Under the pieces are notes generated by a model. That model was given only the letters and a program-made list of their open reading frames with translations. It made no database searches and had not been told where the DNA came from. A DNA stretch of 64,000 nt from Neocallimastix sp. 'constans' (lineage: Eukaryota). The DNA is taken from assembly GCA_050613775.1 (NCBI GenBank), contig JBODTK010000140.1, positions 248,001-312,000 on the forward strand, in the 5' to 3' direction. The position numbers and the translations under genes were made by a program. Every line of letters starts with the position of its first letter. Position 1 is the first letter of the stretch. Below are positions 1 to 14,456 of the stretch, in pieces.

Positions 1-500
1 TACATTAATATTAAAAAACTACCTTATGAGTTTCAAGGACGAAATGGCATCAAACTCTTCCCATTAATTGATGATTATTCCATATGGGTAAAAATAATCA
101 TCTTTCAGAATTTCTTCTTTACCTTATTAAATTAGCATTGATGCTCTTGATAACGTTAGCCTTTATAGTATACAAATTGATCGTAGTGTAAAAATCTCTA
201 ATCACAATAGGAAAAACATTAGTAAGGAATACCCACAAAATAAGAAATCTGGAAAGGAGATTCTCTCGAAGATGATTGAAATATGCTATTAATAAAATGG
301 CTTTTTTCCTTAGAACCGTTCTTTAAAATTTTATATACATCATTTCCTCCAAGAAGGAGACATAGTATATAAAAATTAATATTATCATAAAAATCTTCCT
401 CTATGTCATCAGGAATGTCCAAAGATTTCTCATTAACAATATCAGAAAAATTAATTAAAATTTCATCAACGAATTGAATGAATTGTTGCCTAAATTCTAT
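1..500 (-). mobile_element. 3' fragment of a degraded LINE ORF (second copy of the adjacent family)
   Basis: ORF 219..422 (ILCLLLGGNDVYKILK...IFQSSS...SYFVGI) aligns by eye with the C-terminal tail of the neighbouring LINE in ORF 838..1032 (LSGGHSIYEKIK...IFKQSS...PFFVGI). Confidence 0.6.
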
Positions 501-624
501 TTAGGATATAAATTTTTTTTTTTAAACTTAGAGAAAACTTTTTTTAATTTATAATATTAATAAAATTACATGATTTTAATGAAAAAAAAATACATGAAAT
601 AAAATATTATATATTATAAAATTA

Positions 625-3600
625 TAAAAGTGTGTTAGAAGCAATAGCCTCTAACTTTTCCCATTCATCGATGATAACACCACGTCCATTATTGCGAGTA
701 ATAATTTCAGTATTAGTATTATCTAACGAATCTGTATTAGTTTTTTCACCGGGAGGTGAAAATCCATGTCTTATCATTTCGACGTCGACGCTCTTAGCAA
801 CGGTAGATTCAATAGATTCAATAGATTCAACGGAATATCATTTCATCATCAATCTAAAAGATCGACAAATTAAAGGTATTACGTTTGTTAGAAACTCCGC
901 AATCCCCACAAAAAACGGAACAATCGACGAAGTTGAACTTTGTTTAAAAATATTGTCAATTAATTGTCTTTGTTCCCCATCGTTAACTTTAATTTTTTCA
1001 TATATTGAATGCCCACCAGAAAGAGTACTCAATATAAAGTAATAAATCTTATTATCATAATCCTTTTATGAATCTAAAGAAACATCCAAGGATTTTTGTT
1101 CAATTATCATTGCAAACTTCAAAAAGAGATCATCTAGAAAAGGTAAAGATTTATTTCTGTAATTTTCCTATACTTTACAGGCAAAGATCCAGTGAGAAAA
1201 AAACTAGGTACACTAACACCACAACAAGGGCAACATTTAGGGCAATCTTCTGAGACGATTTTTCTTTTAATGGAAATACTAATGTCAAATTTAAAACCAC
1301 ACCTAATTCGAGAAATCCAAAAGAATCCCAACTGATACTTAGGATATTGAAATGTTAAGTTTTTGATTTCTGAAATAAATCCAAAATAATTCTCCTTGAA
1401 ATAATTGCTTTTTTAGCTTTTGAGATTTTGAAAACATTTCTTTCCCAATAAAACTTTTTATTTTTCTTGTTTTTTTACCATTTAATTTCTTATCCAAAGT
1501 CCTTCATTCTTTAGTCCATAAGTAATGTGACATAATAGGAATATTATTAGTGAGATGATTAATAATACATGATGAATTTTTCAATTTTCTAAATCAGCGT
1601 AATTGAGATATAGCACTGAAAGAGGAGGTATTATTAATTCAAGAATAATATCATAGAGACTAACATAAGAATTGCGAGATTTAAATCCATTTCTCTAATA
1701 AAGTCCTCTATTAATAATTTTTTGAGCTTTAGAACATCTTCTCTTATTTGAACAAAAGAGAGGAGCATAATATATAACAAGACTAAGAATAATCGAAATT
1801 AAAACATATTTCTTCAATGGGAGAGGAATAGATTTATTAATAAGAAATCGAAAGTAGGAATTTAACTTTACATTTAAATTACTGTTTAATTTGGATTGTA
1901 TAGATTTCAATGATAAAGATTCATTAAAAGGAATACCAAGATAAGTATAGATGTCAGTTTTAGGTAATTTGTTACTACCAATAAAGAAAGATGGATTTTC
2001 ATAATTTATCGGTTTAACAAAGTTAATCGGTTATACAACAAGAGTAACACATTTATTAATTCCAAAATTCATTTCATTTTTAATAACCCATTCATGAACT
2101 TCATTCAAAATTTTCTTAAGAGCTTGTTTAGATGGAGCAACTAAAACAATATCATCCGCAAAATGTCCACCACAAAAATATTGAGAATCTAATTATACAC
2201 CATACTTATCACAATTATCCAGTACATCATCAATGAACAAATTGAATAAAATAGGAGATAGAGGGCATCCTTGTCTAACACCACGATTAATCGAAAATTC
2301 TTCTGAGAGATTACCATTAAAAAAAGCACGAGCTTTAGAGAATAGATAAAGATTCTTTAAAAACAAATGACATTTACCTCTAATTCCTAAGTTATATAAT
2401 TTGGTCAAAATATTAAAGATAGATACTGAATCATAGGCTTTTTTAAGATCGAGAAAAGCAAGATAAGTAAAATTTCCTTGAAATTTTCTTCTTTGACATA
2501 TTTTTCTAACTGAAATATATAAACTTATGAATTCTTCTTTATTTCTAAATCCAAATTGTTCGAGTCTAACAAATTTATGTTCAAAGGCATATTTAGCAAT
2601 TCTATTAGTACCAATCTTTGAAATAATTTTTAAGCCAACATTAATAAGAGAAATACGATAATTATAGCAATATGAAAGATCTCTTTTTTTTGGAATTGAT
2701 ATTATAGAAGCCGAATTCCACTCTTCAGGGAAATCACCATCCCAGATTTTGTTAAATAATGAAAGTAAACATTTAGTACAATTAGAGTAATGAACAACTG
2801 AAGAATCATCTTGATTATCGGATAAATCAGATTTACTTAAGAAGGCTTTAAAAAAATTAATCGGAATACCATCGGGGCCAGGAGCTTTATTATTTTTCAT
2901 ATCAAGCACAATGTTTCGAATTTCTTCCATAGTAACAGGATCATTAATATTCCAAGTAGGATTATTATTAGGATTAGTTCCAAATAAATTTACCCAATAT
3001 TCATTATCCAGACTTTGTTGAGTAGCATCAGAAACTAGTTCATTATAATGTTCAGCAAATCGATTCAACTGATCCGAATGAGAAAATAAAAAGTTACCCT
3101 GCTCGTCCTTAAAACGCTTGACGAAATAGAATTAGAGTACATAGGGTGAGATAGCTTCTTTAATTTTAACCAAGCACTCCTAGCATTTTTATTACGAAAA
3201 TCAATACATACAGATTCTATCGACTGATGAAATTGTTTTAATTTAATAGAAAACTTAATTGATCTGACTTTATCACATATATTTTTATATTCACGAAGCA
3301 AATTTAAAAAATTCATCAAGGTTTTCAAGATTAGGACCTAAAGAAAAATTTTTGATTTCATTAAATGCAACATGCTTTTCATGAGAAAGTTTCTTGATAT
3401 AGTAAGGGCAGTGGAAAGCTGAGCCTTTAAGATCACAAGGAACTCTAGCATGAACTTTATCACCAACTTTATTAGCTATTTCTATAAATTTATTGACCAT
3501 TTCATAAGAACTTAGTCCTTAATTATCATCAAATTCATTAAGAAGAATTGAGAAGTAGTTACTTGAGAATATTTCATTTTGCTTATCATTGGGACAAGTT

Positions 3601-4750
3601 GAATCTTCTAGATGGAGTAGGAGCACGAAAACCTTCTGAGTCATCTTTTTTACAGGAAAGGATAAGAGGGAAGTGGTCAGAAATATCATTGAATGTACTA
3701 CAAACAGATACCTTATTAATATATTCCTTCATTTTACAATTAAATAAAACATGATCAGTACAAGATGATCTACCATCCCGAGCCCATGTAAAACCGAGAC
3801 CCGATAAGTTTTTAGTGAACCACTGATGAGATAATTTATTAAGTGAACTTTCTAATTGGGATTTAGACAAATTAAAGTCACCTACAAGAATAGAAGGTTT
3901 ATTAGTATGTTTCTTAATCCAATTAGTAATTTCTGAAAGGCATTCTTTCTTTCTTCCTTATGAGTGACTGTAGGAACATAAATATTATCAAGAGTGCATT
4001 TAATTCCCCAAAAAGAAGTAATGTCGACAAAAATGATATACTTATATTCAAAAGGATCAGGAGAAAATAAACAAGAACACTTATACTAAGACCCTTCATA
4101 CCAGGTATATTTGGATCAGCTTTTCGTAAAATTGTATTATAGTGACAAAGAAATGGGTAATTATTTGAATGTACATTAAGGTATTGGCTATTACCGACCT
4201 CTTGCAAGCAAATACAGATGGGTTTAAAAATTTCATTAAAGTATCTAATACCATTACATTTTTCAGCATTCCATCCATTAATGTTCTAACTGACACAAAG
4301 ATTGAAGAATTGAGTAGACGGTGAGTAAATGTTACTATAAAGAAAATCTTTTACCATTGATTTAGTTTCAAAAGAAGAAAGTTTATTGTTGAATTTCTTA
4401 ACATAACTGAAAGTTCGAATTTCGTTGGTTTTGATCCAATTAATTTTATATATAGGAAGGCATCTAGTAAGAAGAAATAAAATATTTAGATAATAAGTGG
4501 GTTTATCATAGTTTATCCTTAAAATGAAGTAATTTTCCATATTAGGTATGTATTTTTTTGTAACTCCATGAACTATTTCATTGCAATTGGAAATATGCTT
4601 ACTATGAAATTCCCAAAGTTTACTAACAGACCATAATTGAAGATCATTAATAAAAGATAAGAATGAAATCTTATTCAGAATATCGTATTTTCGAAGGCCT
4701 CGTCGCAAAACAGGAACAGTTTCTAAATTTGAAGAAGCATTATTCATTTC
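625..4750 (-). mobile_element. Degraded non-LTR retrotransposon (LINE): APE/EEP endonuclease, reverse transcriptase, C-terminal Cys/His knuckle; broken by stops and frameshifts
   Basis: Endonuclease motifs DHVLFN and SDHFPLI (3586..3870). RT motifs KAPGPDG, QFGFR, FLDLKKAYDSV, GVRQGCPLSPILFNLFI (2193..3068) and FADDIVL near 2145-2163. CPKCCPCCG and HWIFAC near 1180-1250. Confidence 0.93.
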
Positions 4751-5579
4751 AAGAAAGCCTAAAAAAATAAAATAAAAGAAGTATAAAATAAAAAAAAAGT
4801 AATAATAATAAAAAATAAATTAAATTTTTTTTTTTTTTTTTATAATATATATAATAAAAAATAAATTAATTTTTTTTTTATAAAATATATAATAAAATAA
4901 AAATAAAAGAGAAAGTAAATTCCCTTTAAATAGTATATAAAAAAAGATATTAGTGTTGAATATATGAAAGCTTGAATTATATAGTTGTTCTTGATGATTT
5001 TATAGTTTTTTGATTTTTTAAATAATTGATTTTATTCTGTATTGCTGTTATAATATTTATTTATTTACATAAGGGTTAGAAATTTATTGATACAAAACTA
5101 CTTGTATATACTGTTAAAATTAATAATTGTTTCTTTTTATCTTTTGACTGAATGTAATTCTTTCAATTAATAAAGCTCTTTAAGACGTTAAAAATTTTCT
5201 GTTGAATAATCATAAATTAGCTAAAAGTATATTTTTAAAAAAAAAAAATATTAGGAGAGAAAGACTATAAGAAAATAAAAAAGATTCCCATCAGTTAAAT
5301 AATGTCTTAAATACAAGCTTTGGAGTGAATCAATCTCCTACAATAGCTACATGAAAGCATAAATAATACATATACAAAATAATGCTAAAGTAAAAAATAC
5401 AATAGATTCATTACAATGATAATATGTAGAAACTACATGATATTATTAATTATACAACTCTAATGTTACTACATATCCAGTATAAACAATATAAAACATC
5501 AGGTTCTCTTACTATAGTCTTCCAGTATTCCAGTTTTCTCTCTTCGTTCTAGAAGCTACTTTAGAAATGGTAACCATCG

Positions 5580-5765
5580 ATTATCATCAGAATCACAGAA
5601 AGCTGCAATTAGTACACCTGATATAGGTTATTCCTTTCCATCAACCCTCTATGGACTTGGAAATACAGTCCACATCATTGGAGTTTAGGATATAAAAGTT
5701 ATCCAGTATAAAAAACAAAGTATACTGTTACAAGGGCATGTCGAGCAATCTTCTGATACCAATTT
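5580..5765. mobile_element. Possible highly decayed LTR-retrotransposon fragment
   Basis: Plus-strand pieces AAISTPDIGYS / SPHHWSLG / KVIQY resemble the copia RT end. TGGTATCAGA, like a tRNA-Met primer-binding site, lies on the minus strand near 5752-5761. The two signals disagree in strand. Confidence 0.3.
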
Positions 5766-6417
5766 GCTTTTAATATAACATTTCACATCAAATTTGAATC
5801 CACATTTAATTCTTTCAATCCAAAACAAAAATAAATCCAAAAGAAGATAGGGAATATTTTAGAGATAGATGTTGAATAAATATTTTAAAGTAAAATTTAA
5901 TTTTCTTGTATTTAATTGATCTAATCGCAGGGGTACTTGTACTTGTAATGAACATTTTCCCAGTAAGACTTACTTATATATCATGTTTTTTCGTCCATGA
6001 ATAATGTGATGTATTGGAATATTTTTTAATAAATAATAAATTCACTATTATAATTATTTATATATATATTAAAAAATAAACGTTTTTAATATTTATTAAA
6101 AAAAATGAAATAAAATAAAATGAAATAATAATAAAAATAAAAAATATATATATATATATACAATAAAATATCAATTAAATACAATGAATATTGTAAATTT
6201 TTCATTATAAATTTTATTATAAAAAGAGGAAAAATGTTTCTGTATATATTTTTATTATTATTATGAAATAAACCATAATTTTTTAATTTTTATTTTTTTT
6301 TATATTATTTTATTATTTTTATATTATATTATTTTTTTTTTAATATCTATATTATAAATAATTTAATATTATAACTTTAATATGAAAACTGTCATTTAAA
6401 TGATATTTTTTAATGTG

Positions 6418-6594
<177 letters not shown>

Positions 6595-6622
6595 GTATAT
6601 AAAACGAAGAAATTAATAATTA

Positions 6623-7669
6623 TTATCTTCTACAAGTATGATTTGTATTCATATTCATAAAGTCTCCACATAAATAGCAAAAATCTGCACCGCATCTACA
6701 TCTCATATGATTACATCCTCTAGTTTTTTCTACCCAGTATTTACATTTTGGACACATTTTAAATTTAGCTCCTTTAACAAATTGGAAAAATTGATCATCT
6801 AATTTTTTCTCATCTCTACTATCCTTATATTGTTGACATGTTAAACCATTATGCCATTCATCTTTACAATTTAAACAATAATGTTTATGACACATAGGAC
6901 ATAAAAAATTGAATTCACCTTGTTGAAAGAAGAATATATATTCACATCCAGGTGTAGGAAATGGAGAAAATTCATCATTATTATTCATTAAAAAATTATT
7001 AATTGAATATTTTTCATATTTTTTCAATAAATCAGGATTTGCATTATTAATTGAGTCTATGATATAGTTAGGATGAATTGAGGTATTACAATTAGGACAT
7101 TTTACAGGTAAATTATTACTCTCTATGGCTACTCTTATCATATTATCAAAACATATATTATGTATAACACAATTACAATTTAAAAAATAATTGGTGCCAT
7201 CTAGGAGAGAAAAATTTTCTAAACATATTTCGCACTTCTTATGTATTCTTTCTCTTTCTTCTTTTTCGATTTGTTTAGCTACTTCATGATCTAAATATAT
7301 TTCATTGGACTTCATTTTTATCATTTCTTCTACTTCAATTTGTTGTGCTAATTCATAATCTAAATTTTCTAAATTTATTTTATTTCCCCTTTCTTCTTCC
7401 TTTCCTTTTCCTTTTTCTTTTTGTATTCCTTCTAATTCTTCTCTTTGAATTTGCTTTGCTAATTCATAATCTAAATTTATTTTATTTTCCCTTTCTTCTT
7501 CCTTTCCTTTTCCTTTTTCTTTTTGTATTCCTTCTAATTCTTCTCTTTGAATTTGTTTTGCTAATTCATAATCTAAATTTAATTTGTTAAATTTCTCGAA
7601 AATTAGAAAATCATCTTCATATTTATTTTTATCATTTTTTTCTTCATTATTTGAAAAAAAGTAAACCAT
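6623..7669 (-). CDS. Intronless RBR (RING1-IBR-RING2) E3 ubiquitin ligase with N-terminal MIU-like repeats
   Basis: 348-aa ORF. RING1: CEICLE...CNCVIHNIC...CPNC. IBR: PTPGC...CPMCHKHYCLNCKDEWH...C. RING2: CPKC...GCNHMRCRCGADFCYLC, with the catalytic Cys in GCNHM. Four DxELAxQIxxEE-type motifs at the N-terminus. Confidence 0.93.
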   Translation of the reverse strand: MVYFFSNNEEKNDKNKYEDDFLIFEKFNKLNLDYELAKQIQREELEGIQKEKGKGKEEERENKINLDYELAKQIQREELEGIQKEKGKGKEEERGNKINLENLDYELAQQIEVEEMIKMKSNEIYLDHEVAKQIEKEERERIHKKCEICLENFSLLDGTNYFLNCNCVIHNICFDNMIRVAIESNNLPVKCPNCNTSIHPNYIIDSINNANPDLLKKYEKYSINNFLMNNNDEFSPFPTPGCEYIFFFQQGEFNFLCPMCHKHYCLNCKDEWHNGLTCQQYKDSRDEKKLDDQFFQFVKGAKFKMCPKCKYWVEKTRGCNHMRCRCGADFCYLCGDFMNMNTNHTCRR

Positions 7670-9101
7670 TTTTTATCAAAATTTATTTTTCTTATTAAAT
7701 TTTTTTTTCTCCTTAAAATGAACTTTTTCTTAAGTAATGAAATAAGATATAAATTTGACGAAATTTACTTTATATATATAATTTTCTATTAATTAAACTA
7801 TGTCCATTTTTTATATTCCCTTTTTAATATAATTAAAATCCAATATAAAAATTTTGTATTATTAAATGTTATACAAATTAAATGCTACAGATCAATATTT
7901 AATCCACTATCTAATTTGTAAAATTATTAAGATAAAATTTTAAATATGTTTTATATTTAACATTTACTTGTATTTAACTATGCTTCAAATTTGTACATAC
8001 TTATTGTTACTTACAATATTAGGATATTATTAAAAATATAAAAATTGTATATATTAAATTTATAATTTTTTAAGTTATTAACACTTTTCCATTTTGTACA
8101 ACAATGAATATTAAAAATAAAAATTCAGTAATTCAGTAATTCTCTAAACTAAAAAAAATAAAAAAACCAATCAATTCTTTTAATAATTCTTTTAGTAAAA
8201 AAATAATATTTAATAATAAATATTTAACCACTAGTTTTATAAAAAATATTAAAAATATATGTAAATTATTTTTACATATATTTTTAATATTTTTTATTAT
8301 ATTATATTATATTCATATTATATGTCTAAATATTAATCATTATTAAAAACTTAATAACTAATTATATATAAGAATATACAAATAAATTTTTTTTATATTA
8401 TATGATAAAAAAAAAAAAAAGACGGAACAATTAAAAACTATGAAAGTATTTTTTTAATTTATATTGTTAAATTTTGGTAAACTTTTAAATATACTATATG
8501 AAATTATTATAGTTTAAATATCTTATTTAATATAGAGTTAATAAAAGTAATATTATTAAATATACATTTTTGTATATTATATTACTTAATAATAATCATT
8601 AATATTGAATATTGAATATCGAATATCTCAATTAAATTTCTATTATTAAAATTTAATTCATTATTTTATAATAAATATTATAATATTTCTGAACAATTAC
8701 TTTTATTTGTATTATGTATAGCTGTTTTTTTTTTTTTTTTTTTTTATATATTACTGAAATTTTAAAAATTTCAGTAGGAAACACTATTTAGAAAATTAGA
8801 AAAAAAAAAAAAAAAAAAATTAGAATAATTATTAAATATCTAAAATTTCATTCATTAGATATTTCTTTTACTTTCACTTTTTTTATATAAAATATTTGAA
8901 TATTTCTTATATTGAAATTATATTATAAAATTCAATGATAATTTCTAATAAAAATTAAAGTTATACTATTTTTTTTTTATTGTTAGGTTTTAAATTCATT
9001 TTATAAATAGGGATAGTTGCATTTCGGAACATGACTTTTAAATTTAAATTTGATTTGTAATTTAATGCCCCTAACAAAAGAATTTTTAAGTACTTTTTTT
9101 T

Positions 9102-10018
9102 GGGAGAGGTCCAAAACGCCAATTTTCACGTGATATATCAAATTTTGAGGCTTTTTAAATTAATAGTTGTATGATACTATTTTGTTGTATTATTAATTTA
9201 TAATTTTTTTCTTAAAATTTATTAAGTGAATAATTAAATAAATTAGAATGGTTAGATAAAAATAAATATTTTTTTACAAAAAAAAAATAAAATAATATTT
9301 ATAAAATATTATTTAAATTAGTTAAACATTCAAATCACAATTTAGTAAGATCACTTCTATCATATTTAATATCAATTAACTTGGCTTCTTTATTCTTGTA
9401 TTTTTCAATTAAGATATTAATTTCAACAGTTTTTGTTTTTATTTTTTTTTTCATTCTCCAAATTCCTTTTATTTTCATTTGGTAATCATAATATGATAAA
9501 TGTTCCTGTTCTTTTAATTTATTTGTTAATTCATAAAAATTTGGTTTCATTGGAAATAGTTTATTTAAAGAATTATTGAGTGATTCTGAAGCATTATTAG
9601 TTATATGTTCAATATTATTATAATAATTCCAACTTTTCATATCGTAACCAAATAAATATGTTTCATAAAAATATTCTAAAATTTTAAAAATTGACAAGAA
9701 TTTTTTTCAATAGATTAATAATAAAATATATAAAAATAAGGTTATAAGGAAAATAATTATTTAACATTTTCCTTATAACATGATTGTCAAAAAAAAAAAA
9801 ATTATATAAAAATATTTTATTTTTTATTGACCTTTTTAATTTTTATTTATTTATTTATTTACTTATTTATTTATTTACTTATTTATTTATACATTTATTT
9901 CTTTTTTACTTAAAATTATATTAAATTTTATGGCGTTATAAATTAAATTTTAAAAGCCACATATAAATAGATGGCTTATTATAATTTCAAAAAAAATTGG
10001 CGTTTTGGACCACATTCC
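9102..10018 (-). mobile_element. Internally deleted Mutator-like (MULE) element with terminal inverted repeats
   Basis: GGTCCAAAACGCCAATTTT (9108-9126) is the exact reverse complement of AAAATTGGCGTTTTGGACC (9993-10011). Internal ORF 9335..9697 has the MULE C-terminal motif WNYY...TNNASESLNNSL. Confidence 0.8.
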
Positions 10019-11130
10019 TTCTTTTTTTTTTATTAAATATTATTAAATATTATTTCTTTATTTTATTAAAAAATTACATCTTTAAGGTAGAAATAATAAT
10101 AAAAAAAAACTAGTACTATTTATATTTTTAATTTTATAATAATATAAGCACTTTCAATATTTAATTATGTTAATTTTATTATTTTGTATTATCTAGTCTA
10201 TTTTAATTTCTTATATTATTTTAAGATTACCAAATAGAGTTATTCAAAAATGTTTAACTTTATTATTTAAAAAAATGATAAAATATGATAATAGTAAGTT
10301 ATTTCTCTCTCTTTTTTTTTTTTTTTTTGTGTGTGTGTGTGTGCGTATGTTAAGTGTACTGTGTTTCTAAAAATTTTTTTATATGTGTATACCATATCTG
10401 AAATTTTCCCTTGTTTTAATTTATAACTAAATACAAGTTCGGATTCTGAGTTAGACATAAAATTTAGCTTTTGTAACAGTATAAATAATATAAATCCTAA
10501 CAATTGTAAATTTTTACTTTGTAAGATCACCCATAAAAAATATTTATTAAAAAAGAAATTTCAAATTAATAATACCCAATTGATTTAATATAAATAATAT
10601 TAAAATATGTAATATTCCTTCTTTTGAAGAAAATATTATTTCAAAAAATAATCAATTTTTTTGATAAAACTATTTATAAATCTATTCTTGCTTCATTTAT
10701 CCTTCTAAATGCACATGTCTTGACTAGCTTTTATCTAATAAAACAAAATTTTAAATTTTCTTAAATGTTTAAATAATACTATTGGTTATAAAATTTCTTT
10801 ATGATACTGGTGATTTTAATGGATATTTGATGTAGATTTTGGAGTAATAAACAGGAAAGAAAATCCACATCAGAAGTAATAATTTTTATTGAGAAAAAAA
10901 AAATAAATTGTTTTTTTGAGCATTTAAAATAAAAAATTCAGTTGCTTTATCAATAACAGAAGTTTGATTTATAAGTGTATAAACATGCTAAAGAAAAATA
11001 TTATAGTAATACTATTTAATAAAAAAAAACAACTATAACTTTATACATTGATAATTTATCATATACAATGGTAAAATTAATAATGGACAATTTAATGAGA
11101 GTATGAAAAAAAAAAAAAAAAAAAAAAAAA

Positions 11131-11572
11131 TTGACTTGCACATAATGGGTACCCATCTCCCAATATGGCCATACAGTTATTTATTAACTGTAAGATGATG
11201 AGTTATTGGAATACTGTAACAGCTTCACCGCTCTCAATCGTCATTACACACTACACGGAGATGCCTTCCTAACGTTCCTACATATATCTCCATTGACCAC
11301 GAGCATCTGAACGGAATCATTAACTCCTCCCTAGTGGGGGTAATCATTGGCGGTTGGAAATATTACAATCATCAAGGTCTATGCTTCAATTCAAAGCGTA
11401 GTATTAGTGTTGGGTGAAATAATCATTTGAGGGAAAGCCTTATGAATATCACATATGGTCTCATGATATCCTAGGATAGAAACCTCATTCGATTATTTGA
11501 TGCCATTCCGAGGATTCGAACCCCGCCCTCTACAGTAACCTGTATCGTCCTAACCGACTGGACCAACATGAC
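11131..11572 (-). mobile_element. tRNA-derived SINE, family A, copy 1
   Basis: tRNA-like head at 11498-11572 with A-box TGGTCCAGTCGG and B-box GGTTCGAATCC. Body closely matches 18539..18977. Flanked by AATGAGA(G/A)TATGAAA direct repeats (11094-11108, 11573-11587). Confidence 0.88.
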
Positions 11573-11649
11573 AATGAGAATATGAAATTTATTGATATAT
11601 ACAAGAACATTTTATTTTCGAATTAGTAAAAAATAATAAAATTATATTA

Positions 11650-12991
11650 TGTTAAGATAATAACAGAATTTCAATTTCAATTTCAATAATTCAGTTTTTT
11701 GAATTTCAATATTAATAATTAATAATATAATAATTATTATTAAAATATTTAGGAAATAGTCTAGGCCAACTAATTGACTAAATATTATTTACATATTGAA
11801 ATTAATATATATTAAATAATGTAAACACGTGATTGTCATATTAAATTAATTTTGATATGCGGGACTTTTATGTGCTACTAATTTTTAATAGTATCGTTAT
11901 ATTTAATTAACCTTTATTAATATATTTTAATTTAAAAACCCAATTAACCAAGGGTCTTCTCTAAACTACAATCAAGAAGAGTAGTTATTAGGAATCTTTA
12001 TAATAATTTAATTATTAATAATAATAAATATACATTTAAAATATATTATATCGGAGTATAGTATAATATATAATAAATATATATTAAAATAATAAATATA
12101 ATAAATATAACTATATAATTCTTAAAATGAAAATAAGAATAATAAAGTTAAATATATAAGAATATAATTATATAATAAATATGATTATAATAAATAATAT
12201 CAACTATATATATTTAATTATAATTAAAATAACTAAAACTATTTCATTATATTATATATTATAATATATAGAAGTATTATGTATTTTTAATATAAACTTT
12301 AAAAATAAATATGAATAGTTAAATTATATATATAATAATATTCTTATTATATATATTTAGAAGAAATTAACTATTTAATTTAATATATTTAATATATTTC
12401 ATATTATAATGAATAATATATATATAAATATTATTGAATAATATATGAATAAGAAATTATTTCAAATATTATTATTGACAAAAGAGATATAAAATTTAAT
12501 AATTATTATTAAATATACAAATATGTTGCTACACATATTTGTTTTATATCAATTTCTACATATTATATTTTAATTATAAAATATAATATTTAGTTATATT
12601 AGATTCTTATATTTTATTTATATTAAATATTTATATTATTATCTTAGTTTATATTATCAATATCAAACTTATATTAATACTATTACATATTCATATTAAT
12701 AATTAATATTTTAATAATTAATTATTTTATATAAATACATGTTTAAATCTTTTGATTAATCCTTTGTAGGATTATTGTAATTTGAATTATAGTAATAATT
12801 ATATAAAATAATAATGTAATAAAATATTGTTAAGATTAAATAAAATTTATATTTTAAATAAAAAAACTTAATTATAAAATTTACTAATAACAATATGTTT
12901 TTAATAAGAGTGAAATTAAATTATTAATTAATTACTATAATTTGGCATCTTGACCTAATCGTTAAGACCAAATTACCTCAAAACTTTAACA
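11650..12991. mobile_element. Solo LTR (about 1.34 kb)
   Basis: Starts TGTTAA and ends TTAACA, with 5-bp target duplication TATTA on both sides. Shares blocks with 24504..25245 (TAGGCCA, CTTTGTA.G.TTATTGTA, TTGACCTA) and with 43580..44015. Confidence 0.75.
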
Positions 12992-13393
12992 TATTAGAAT
13001 ATATATAGAAAGCAAAAAAATATTATATATTTTTTTTTATTTTATTGAGAGCTTAATTCTTTTTTTCTTTCTTTTTTTTTATATATATATTATTATTTAA
13101 TAAAAAAAAGCGTTTTTATTATTTAAAATAACATGAAATAAAACGAAATAAAAAAAAAAAAAAAGAGATATACAATAAAATATCAATTAAATACGGTGAA
13201 TATTGTAAATATTTCATTATAAATTTTATTATAAAAAGAGGAAAAATGTTTCTGTATTTATTTTTTATTATGAAATAAACCATAATTTTTTTATTTTTCA
13301 TTTTATTTTATTTTTAATTTCTATATTATAAATAATTTAATATTATAACTTTAATATGAAAACTGTTATTTAAATGAATAATTTTTTAATGTG

Positions 13394-13630
<237 letters not shown>

Positions 13631-13658
13631 GTATATAAAACGAAGAAATTAATAATTA

Positions 13659-14456
13659 TTATCTTCTACAAGTATGATTTGTATTCATATTCATAAAGTC
13701 TCCACATAAATAGCAAAAATCTGCACCGCATCTACATCTCATATGATTACATCCTCTAGTTTTTTCTACCCAGTATTTACATTTTGGACACATTTTAAAT
13801 TTAGCTCCTTTAACAAATTGGAAAAATTGATCATCTAATTTTTTCTCATCTCTACTATCCTTATATTGTTGACATGTTAAACCATTATGCCATTCATCTT
13901 TACAATTTAAACAATAATGTTTATGACACATAGGACATAAAAAATTGAATTCACCTTGTTGAAAGAAGAATATATATTCACATCCAGGTGTAGGACATGG
14001 AGAAAATTCATCATTATTATTCATTAAAAAATTATTAATTGAATATTTTTCATATTTTTTCAATAAATCAGGATTTGCATTATTAATTGAGTCTATGATA
14101 TAGTTAGGATGGATTGAGGTATTTCAATTAGGCTATTTTTAAGGTAAATAATTATTCTCTATGGCTACTTTTACCATATTATCAAAAAATATATTATATA
14201 AAACACAATTACAATTTAAAAAATAATTGGTGCCATCTAGGAGAGAAAATTTTTCTAAGCATATTTCACACTTTTTAGTCTGCTTGCGGATATCTTCATT
14301 TTCTTTATGCATTTCCTCTATTTGTTCTATTTTGATTTGTGTGCTAATTCATAATCTAATTATATATGGTAAATTTTTTTGCTAATTCATAATCTAATTA
14401 TATATGGTAAATTTTTTTGCTAATTCATAATTTAAATCTGCGTTATTGTAAATCAT
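13659..14456 (-). pseudogene. RBR E3 ligase paralog, pseudogene
   Basis: IBR-RING2 is nearly identical to 6623..7669. RING1 CPNC became *PN* (TAG, TGA) and HNIC became YNIF. The N-terminus has an out-of-frame 38-bp tandem repeat and an early stop (MIYNNADLNYELAKKFTIYN*). Confidence 0.88.

Noticed and set aside
10267..11000. Slightly GC-richer stretch resembling a decayed gene or transposase
   Set aside because: No diagnostic motif or continuous frame could be recognised.
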